From Camelus ferus (Eukaryota), in the NCBI RefSeq assembly GCF_009834535.1, contig NC_045707.1, forward strand, positions 58,282,001 through 58,346,000: a DNA stretch of 64,000 bases, written 5' to 3'. A program made the position numbers and the translations under genes. The notes under the pieces are model-generated. The model had not been told where the DNA came from, did not search any database, and worked only from the letters and a program-made list of their open reading frames with translations. The first letter of the stretch is position 1. The number at the start of each line of letters is the position of its first letter. Of this stretch, positions 63,741 through 64,000 are shown in pieces.

Positions 63741-63827
63741 GACCTAGATGACATAGAAGATGAAAATGAACAACTAAAGCAGGAGAATAAAACTCTTTTG
63801 AAAGTTGTTGGGCAGCTAACAAGGTAG
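63741..63827 (+). CDS. PAWR: PAWR last coding exon (exon 7), leucine-zipper C-terminus and TAG stop
   Basis: Acceptor ttcctttttgtttccttaag|. Translates DLDDIEDENEQLKQENKTLLKVVGQLTR*, with TAG at 63825-63827. Confidence 0.97.
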   Translation, partial: DLDDIEDENEQLKQENKTLLKVVGQLTR

Positions 63828-64000
63828 AAGATTCAAGGCTCAGTGTGGAAAAAAATATTTTAAAACTACTGATCGAATGTTATGGTTAACACTAGGACAA
63901 TATTCCTATGCAAGTATGTATATTTATTTCTAGAAAACAGTGGATGTTTATTTTCAAAATATTTCTTTTTCATTATCAGTTTCAAAAAAAATCAACCATT
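63828..64000 (+). other. PAWR: Start of the PAWR 3' UTR (runs off the window)
   Basis: AT-rich sequence directly after the stop codon. No AATAAA seen before the window ends. Confidence 0.85.

Overview
AT-rich mammalian genomic DNA, most likely camelid (alpaca, llama or camel). The organism is inferred from three copies of a tRNA-derived SINE matching camelid vic-1 as I recall it. The whole window lies within PAWR (Par-4) on the + strand. It holds about 34 kb of intron 2, then five coding exons (33956-34087, 43887-43921, 59678-59825, 61444-61548, 63741-63827) and the start of the 3' UTR. The exons have canonical AG/GT borders and splice into one open frame of 168 codons ending in the leucine zipper (…LKQENKTLLKVVGQLTR*). 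None of these exons is in the supplied ORF track, whose ORFs are chance frames or LINE-1 ORF2 remnants. The introns contain ordinary interspersed repeats: L1 of several ages, L2, MIR, MaLR LTRs, and hAT and Tigger DNA transposons. I see no convincing new biological system. The best leads are (1) a candidate cryptic terminal exon in intron 3 that would give a Par-4 lacking the leucine zipper, (2) two donor-like sites inside exon 5, one in frame, (3) a hAT-Charlie transposase fossil apparently split by two successive L1 insertions, and (4) residues at Par-4 phosphosites that differ from human. Repeat subfamily names, exon and residue numbering, and orthologue comparisons come from memory. Repeat boundaries are approximate unless target-site duplications are given.
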